This document shows positions 56,120 to 64,000 of a stretch of DNA of 64,000 nt, piece after piece. Source of the DNA: Eledone cirrhosa. Lineage: Eukaryota. Each line of letters begins with the position of its first letter. Within the stretch, counting starts at the first letter, position 1. The DNA is taken from NCBI GenBank assembly GCA_964016885.1, contig OZ024748.1, positions 33,356,001 through 33,420,000 of the forward strand, read 5' to 3'. Position numbers and translations under genes: made by a program. Below the pieces are notes generated by a model that worked only from the letters and a program-made list of their open reading frames with translations, was not told where the DNA came from and made no database searches.

Positions 56120-58385
56120 TCATCATCATCATCGTTTAATGTCCATCTTCCATGCTTGCATGGGTTTGGACGGGAATTTTCCAACTTGAGGTAAGATTGG
56201 TTGTCTTGCTCAGGACTGTCTGGCGGGTTTTCTACGGCTGGATGCCCTTCCTAACACAACCACGTTTACAGTGTGGACTGGGAGGTTTTTACCGTGTTAC
56301 CTACACGGCCACATTACAGCGTGGACTGTGTGTTTTTTTTTTGTCGTGACACCTACATGACCTCATTTATTTTGGACTGGATGTTGTGGTACCAACATAA
56401 CTTTACATTGAAAGGGGTGGTGTGGATGGGGTGGGGGTAGTGGGACGGGTGTGTATTTTTGTTAAGAGGTGCCTACTGACTGTAGGTTTCGTTTTGTACT
56501 TAGGCAAGGCGGGTCTTCTGTATTACTGTGTAGTGCCAAAGATCTCGGTCCAGTGACATTGTCTTGGAGAGGTGTAAGTGTGTGAGGTCGGAATTTATCA
56601 AGTCGTCCCAGGTTTTTCTGGGTCTGACTACTCCGTGGCTACCGTCTATTTTTATCGGCCTGCACTTTTTTATACAGCTGTCGTCTTTCATGCACATCAC
56701 ATGATCATACCAAAGTAGTCTTCACTCGAGTAAACAACATCTGATTCCTCTTATTCCTAATTTCTCCCTTAGTTCATTTATGCTTTGCCGTTCACGTATA
56801 TTACTATTACACATCCAACGGAGCATGCAAGCTTCGTTCCTCTCCAGTCTGCGTATATCCTCTGCACACAATGCCCAAGTCTCACTGCCATGTAACATTG
56901 CTGTTCGTATGCAGGCATCATACAGCCTGCCTTTCATTTTTAGAGAGAATCCTTTAGCAGCCAATAGTGGTATAAGCTCTCTGAACGTTTTCCATCCCGT
57001 TCTGACTCTAGATACTGTACTTTCAGAGCATCCCTCCCCCACTGCTGATTTTGTCACCCAGGTAACGGAAGGTGTCCACTATTTTTATAGAACCATCTGT
57101 GCAATGGAATGAGCTAGTATTCTGTGGGCACTTGCTGCTACTTATTGCACCTGAGCACCGGCCACATATAAAATCTATATTCTTAGTTAGCTTACCTGTG
57201 ATCCCACTACATCTTTTATGCACCCATACTTTGCATTTGGGACATAAAATGGAGTTTCTGCCTACTCCTTTCCTACACACTGAGCATGGCCATTTCCCAG
57301 ATGGGACCAGTGCCCTATTTTCCTTCCTACAAACTAGAACTTTAGTCTTAGACAGGTTAATTTTAAGGCCTTTTGATTCTAGCCCATGCTTCCATGTTTG
57401 GAATTTCTTCTCTAGTTCAGCCATTGATTTAGCTATGAGCGTTAGATCATCTGCGTAAGGGAGTTCCCATGGGCAGCCGGTCTTGAACTCCTCTGTTGTA
57501 GCCTGAAGGGCAATAATAAATAGTAGGGGTCTAAGGTCGGAGCCCTGATGAACTTTTACGCTAAACTCTTCACTATATTCGTTGTTAATTCTAAACTTGC
57601 TGACTTTTTCTTTATACATGGCTTGTATAGCTCTCACAAGCCATTCATCAACACCTAGTTTTCTAAGAGCCCACCAGATAATGGAGCAGGGTACTCTGTC
57701 AAAGGCTTTCTCCAAGTCAACAAAAGCTAAGTATAGGGGTTTACTTTTAGCTAGGTACTTCTCCTATAGATGTCATACAATGAAAAGAGCGTCTGTTGTA
57801 CTTTTACCTGACACAAACCCGAACTACATTTCATCTAGATCAATTCGCTCTCTGATTAGTTGCGCTATTACTTTTTCTGTAACCTTCATGGCCTGGTCAA
57901 TTAATTTAATGCCTCTATAGTTTCCCCTATCTAGGGCATCTCCTTTAACCTTGTAGCAGTTAATGATGATGCTGCTACGCCAGTCTTTTGGTATGACCCC
58001 ATTCTGTATGACTTGGTTTATTATCCGGGTGACAATAGTGTGTCCCACCGTTCCAGATGCTTTCAGCATTTCATCAACTATTTCCGAAGGCCCAGCCGTC
58101 TTGCCTGTCTTTATATCTTTGATCGCCTTACTTATTATACTACCTTCAACTTGCACTGCTGGTCCCTCTATTGGATCGATGTGGGGAAGACTGTCTTTCT
58201 CCCAATTATTCTCCTCATTTAGTAGTCTTTCGTAGTGACACTTCCAAGCTAGCTTCTTATCAGCGTCAGTGATGGCAAGTACACCATTATCATTAAGGAC
58301 ACACTTCTCCCCGACAATATCACGGTTTTCCTTGACACATTGCCTAGCAATCCTGAACACCTCACATTGTAGAACATGCTTGAAC
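56120..58385 (-). mobile_element. 5'-truncated RTE LINE (family B) with PHD-containing RT
   Basis: ORFs 57824-58360, 57023-57715, 56722-57057 and 56500-56700; ELPYADD; (GAT)n tail; short TSD TGTAA. Confidence 0.95.
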
Positions 58386-58648
58386 TGTAACTATATCTAT
58401 ATTGGTAGAAACAGGTGTGGTAGAATTGTCCAAGTGTTTAACGTATTCCATTGTAATTCTTGAAGAATTCTCCAAACTCGAGAAGAGATATGACAATGTA
58501 CGAGTGATTTGGGGTAGGAAATGGTCCTCTATGTACTTATATATATATATGATCAGGTGTATATTGATGTATATGCGAGCAGTCTTAACAAACCTGAATT
58601 GTTTATCACGGAGTGTAGAAAAGTACACAATATCTGCTGTGTTAACAA

Positions 58649-59368
58649 GCGGCCTCGGAACCGGCTACAGGCCCCCAACTTAGGCCCCAAAAGGCACTTG
58701 TGATCCTGGCCTTCAGATCGTCTTTCGTATTGCAGCTTCATCTGTTGGTGTCTCATTCCACTGCGCCCCACACAAAGAAGTCGAGGGGGTTGCAGTCAGG
58801 TCAGCTGGGAGGCCAGATGTCAGGTGAAGTGTGGTTGACGAAGTTCTCTGACAGTAAGGCTTTGGTCTTTCGGCTGGTATGGCAGGGCGCTGAGTCTTGC
58901 TGCCACATGTACGGCCTACCTGCAGCTACCTGGTTGATCCAGGGCTTTACTACCTCGCTCAGAATGCGGATGTAGCCATCAGTGTTCAGCTTGAGGCCCT
59001 CAGGGAACAATTGAGGTGGCATAACGTCACCTTGACTGCTGACGTCACCTAAGACCAATGTTGTCGCTGGAAACTTTGTACTTTGTCTGCATGACTCTGG
59101 GCACGTCTTTGGATGAGACAGCGAGCCACCTGTTGTTCTGGGAGTTGATCTTCTGGTCTTATTTGTCCTCCCGGCGTGGATTCCAAGAAGAACTCTGTGT
59201 CTCTTCCACAAATTTGGAGGTTCAAAATTATTCATAATCAATTATTCTGAAAATAAATAATGGAAATATAGTCACTGTTTTTATGAAGACAAGAGTGACA
59301 ACGGAAGTAAACAAAATTGGCATAAAATTAGCAGTTGAAAATTGCGAACAAATATCATCCACACCCTG
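58649..59368 (-). mobile_element. Tc1/mariner DD37D (maT) transposon relic, internally deleted
   Basis: WQQDSAPCHTS..WPPS*PDCNPLD has 37 residues between the last two catalytic Asp; TIR TA|CAGGGTG at 59368. Confidence 0.85.
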
Positions 59369-59465
59369 TATATATATATAAAAGGGAAACAGAAATAACA
59401 ACACAATCGGTACAGTATATGGAAGGGATATATTAGGTTAACAATTGATATAGTAGTTAAGAGGG

Positions 59466-59501
59466 TCTTAACGTTTCAGACGCTATTGCTTCATCAGAAG
59501 A
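59466..59501 (-). ncRNA. Minimal hammerhead ribozyme motif
   Basis: tctt CTGATGA agcaatagcgtct GAAA cg TT aaga: 4-bp stem I, palindromic AACGTT stem III. Confidence 0.6.
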
Positions 59502-59683
59502 AAGAATGAGAAATAAAATACATTGAAGGGACGGGAGGGGCGGAATTGGAAAAAATGTCTTTAGATAAAAATAACAGGTCCTTTCATGTTGACATATCTT
59601 GCAAAACTATATATATATATATATATATAGATAGATATATCAATGATATTAATAAATGGAAACTATATTTATAAAACCATATT

Positions 59684-59744
59684 TATTCTATTATATATAT
59701 TTCAAGGGTACCAAAACTTTTGTACGCTCTCATCAGATAAAATA
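59684..59744 (-). ncRNA. Minimal type-I hammerhead ribozyme, same family as 37682-37747
   Basis: tattttat CTGATGA gagcgtac-aaaagttttg-gtaccctt GAAA tatata TA atagaata; stem I can extend via ctatttataaaac/gttttataaatatag. Confidence 0.75.
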
Positions 59745-59879
59745 CAAAGTTTGTTTTATAAATAGTGACATACCCAGGAATGATACCTTAACGGTTCAAG
59801 TTTCTCCTGGATAGTGAAAGGAAAGAGAGAACAAGGGAAGAAAGGAAAGAACAAATATTTCAAATTATTTTGATGAATA

Positions 59880-61424
<1,545 letters not shown>

Positions 61425-62224
61425 GATTTTTTCTTCAACAGAATATATAAATGTTTTACTTGCAATATTTCTTATATTATATCCCTAAAAATATTTCTTC
61501 TTCTATATTTCACTCAACTTTTATTTCAGTTAATATCTGAAGATAATACATACTTATGTTTCACCCAAGTTAAGTTAAAATACAAAATCATCTCACAGTG
61601 AAGAAAATAAACTCAGTTTTGAGGAAATATTTCACAGTAATTGAACTATAGATTTATATAAACAGTGTTATATAAGTTATGTTTAAAATGTTTTAGTCTT
61701 CAAATCATTCAAAGATTGAAAATAATAATTTATCTCAATGCATCTGGTATTCTGAAATGAAAAAGAAACAGTATGAGATAATAGAAAATACTTTAGAAGC
61801 AGAGATAGATTTAACAGTGGAAATTTTATATTTCTATATTCGTAAACTGTAGTTATCAACTTTCCTGTCCAGAGTAATTCTCTGTAATGTAAGCAGTGGT
61901 ATTCCAGCAAGCTCTATAAATTATATCCTTCTATCTCTTGGGAGGTCTGCTCTATGGCAGTTTAGCGAAAAATTCATTTTGATAGGACTTCCTAACGTAG
62001 CTATCATCTCCTCTCCTGGTGACATGTCAACACCGGTTTAACATATGCATATATAAATATATATACACACACACACATATATACATATACACATATATAT
62101 ATATACATATATATATATACAGGGTGAGACGATATTTACATATACATATACACATTATATGTACATATACACATATACATTTACATATATACATATATAT
62201 ATGCAACTTTTACAAACAATTACA

Positions 62225-62910
62225 ATGACAGAGGACGGAGACATCGTTATGCTAGCAGGGGACTTCAATGGTCATGTTGGACAGCTCCAGGATGGTTACT
62301 TTGGGGTACATGATGGGCACGGTTACGGCTCAAGAAATGAAGGAGTGAGACTTCTTGAATTTTGTGATGCAAGTACATTGACTATTTGCAACACTAACTT
62401 CCAAACACCTGCCAACCCCACCTAATAACCTACAAATCTGGGGAGCACATGAGCCATATTGACTTCTTACTAGATAGGCAGCGGGACAGGCAGGTGGTGG
62501 CAAATACCAAGGCATACCCTGGGGAAGAATGTACCCCACAGCATAGGAGCGTCGTTAGTGCTATCTCAGTAAGCAAGAGATGGAATGAGACATACAGGAA
62601 GGTGTGTAAAAGAAAGGTCTGGAAGCTAAAGACCTTTCACTAAAATACAAATTTAGGAAAGCCCTTCAAGATGTGTGACATAGATAATAACTGGAATTTC
62701 TTCAAGAGGTATGACATAGATAATAACTGGAATTTCTTACGTGACAACTTACTGCAGGCTACTGATGAAACTTGTGGCTGGAGCAGAACTCCAACCAGAC
62801 AGAGAGTGACCTGGTGGTGGAACAGCACAGTAGATAAGGCCATTAGAGAAAAAAGACTAGCACGGAAGGCTTGGAAAAAGGGTGGGAGTAGGGAAGGATA
62901 TACAGCCACT
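62225..62910 (+). mobile_element. RTE (family A) APE-region fragment
   Basis: LAGDFNGHVG..GYGSRNEGVRLLEFC..ICNTNF, SHIDFLL, PQHRSVV; near-identical to 46087-46525. Confidence 0.9.
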
Positions 62911-62932
62911 ATGTGTATGTATATATATATAT

Positions 62933-63887
62933 ATATGAAAAAGTGAGTCCTTCATCAGTGACCCTCCAACCGTCCTCGGCTTTAAGGGCCATATGCCTCA
63001 GGTTGGTGCGAACAACGGCTAAAAAAAGTCGTTGGGACACGTAAATAAAGGGGGACGCTAGAGTAACAACAAAAAGGTTTAAGCAACGGAAAGTGAGTAG
63101 AAATAGACAAGTCCCAGATCTCTATGAATATAAACTCTGTGAAATCGTGAACAAGAGACGAAAGACCATCAAACCTGGTTGAAATGTGAGCAAGGAAAGA
63201 ATTTCGCCCAAGTTTGACGGGAGGGAAAAAAGAGAGAGAGAGAGAAAGAAAAAGGAGAGAAGAGGAAGAAGAAGAAGAAGAAGAAGAAGAAGAAGATAAG
63301 GGGGTCTGGTCTACGAATTCGGTAAACGCAAGTTTTTGTGAAGTCGCAGACGAAAGAGAGAGAGAAAAAAATTCCATACCAGCTCGGTCAAGACTGCGCG
63401 AGAAAAGAATTACACACAGGTCAAACTTGAAGGAGGAGGAGGAGAGGTAGTGACAGAGAATGAGTGAGTGAAAGTTGAGGAGAGAGTAACAGAGAGGGAG
63501 ACTGCTAGAAGTGGTAAAGATACAAGGAACGAAACAGACGAAGGCAGCATGGAAAAAATATATGTGTAAATATGATGATAATAATGGAGCTGCGGCGTTG
63601 CAAATGGGATACATATGAAAAAGTGAGTCCTTCATCAGTGACCCTCCAACCGTCCTCGGCATTTCATCGCTTTAAGGGCCATATGCCTCAGGTTGGTGCG
63701 AACAACGGCTAAAAAAAGTCGTTGGGACACGTAAATAAAGGGGGACGCTAGAGTAACAACAAAAAGGTTTAAGCAACGGAAAGTGAGTAGAAATAGAGGA
63801 CGGTTGGAGGGTCACTGATGAAGGACTCACTTTTTCATATGTATCCCATTTGCAACGCCGCAGCTCCATTATTATCATCATATTTAC

Positions 63888-63893
<6 letters not shown>
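62933..63893. mobile_element. Penelope-like architecture: direct terminal repeats plus a terminal inverted copy, in (TA)n
   Basis: 62933-63107 is repeated at 63613-63797; 63796-63893 is the reverse complement of about 63559-63657 and contains CTGATGAAGG. Confidence 0.6.
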
Positions 63894-63919
<26 letters not shown>

Positions 63920-64000
63920 ACATATATGTATATATGTGTGTATATATATTTATATATGTATGTATATATTTATATATATATATATATATATAGGTGTGTG

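Noticed and set aside
62982-63662. 226-aa ORF
   Set aside because: Low complexity from (GAA)n/(GA)n tracts, no recognisable RT or GIY-YIG motifs, and it lies inside a repeat structure.

Overview
Eukaryotic, AT-rich (TA-microsatellite-rich) animal DNA. The SINE families and zinc-finger codon style point to a coleoid cephalopod, probably Octopus (inference). The window is part of a tandem cluster of C2H2 zinc-finger (ZNF) genes with no recognisable effector domain, mostly on the minus strand. One copy looks intact (13644-14552, 9 fingers); about six others are frameshifted or broken by insertions. The cluster is built from duplicated multi-kb units and is densely filled with transposon relics: several RTE-clade LINE families, CR1, an R4/Dong-like REL element, a Gypsy integrase, a non-autonomous LTR element and solo LTRs, Merlin, DD37D maT, Tc2/pogo MITEs, tRNA-derived SINEs and minisatellites. 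Main unexpected signals: (1) at least five minimal type-I hammerhead ribozyme motifs beside (TA)n tracts, several in foldback elements that look like Penelope pLTRs, including a perfect 153-bp palindrome with one hammerhead in each arm; (2) RTE LINEs with a C4HC3 PHD finger inserted inside the reverse transcriptase; (3) an RTE with three C-terminal C2H2 fingers; (4) independent insertions about 10 bp apart at the equivalent site of two ZNF paralogs. All calls come from reading the sequence by eye; no searches or folding programs were run.
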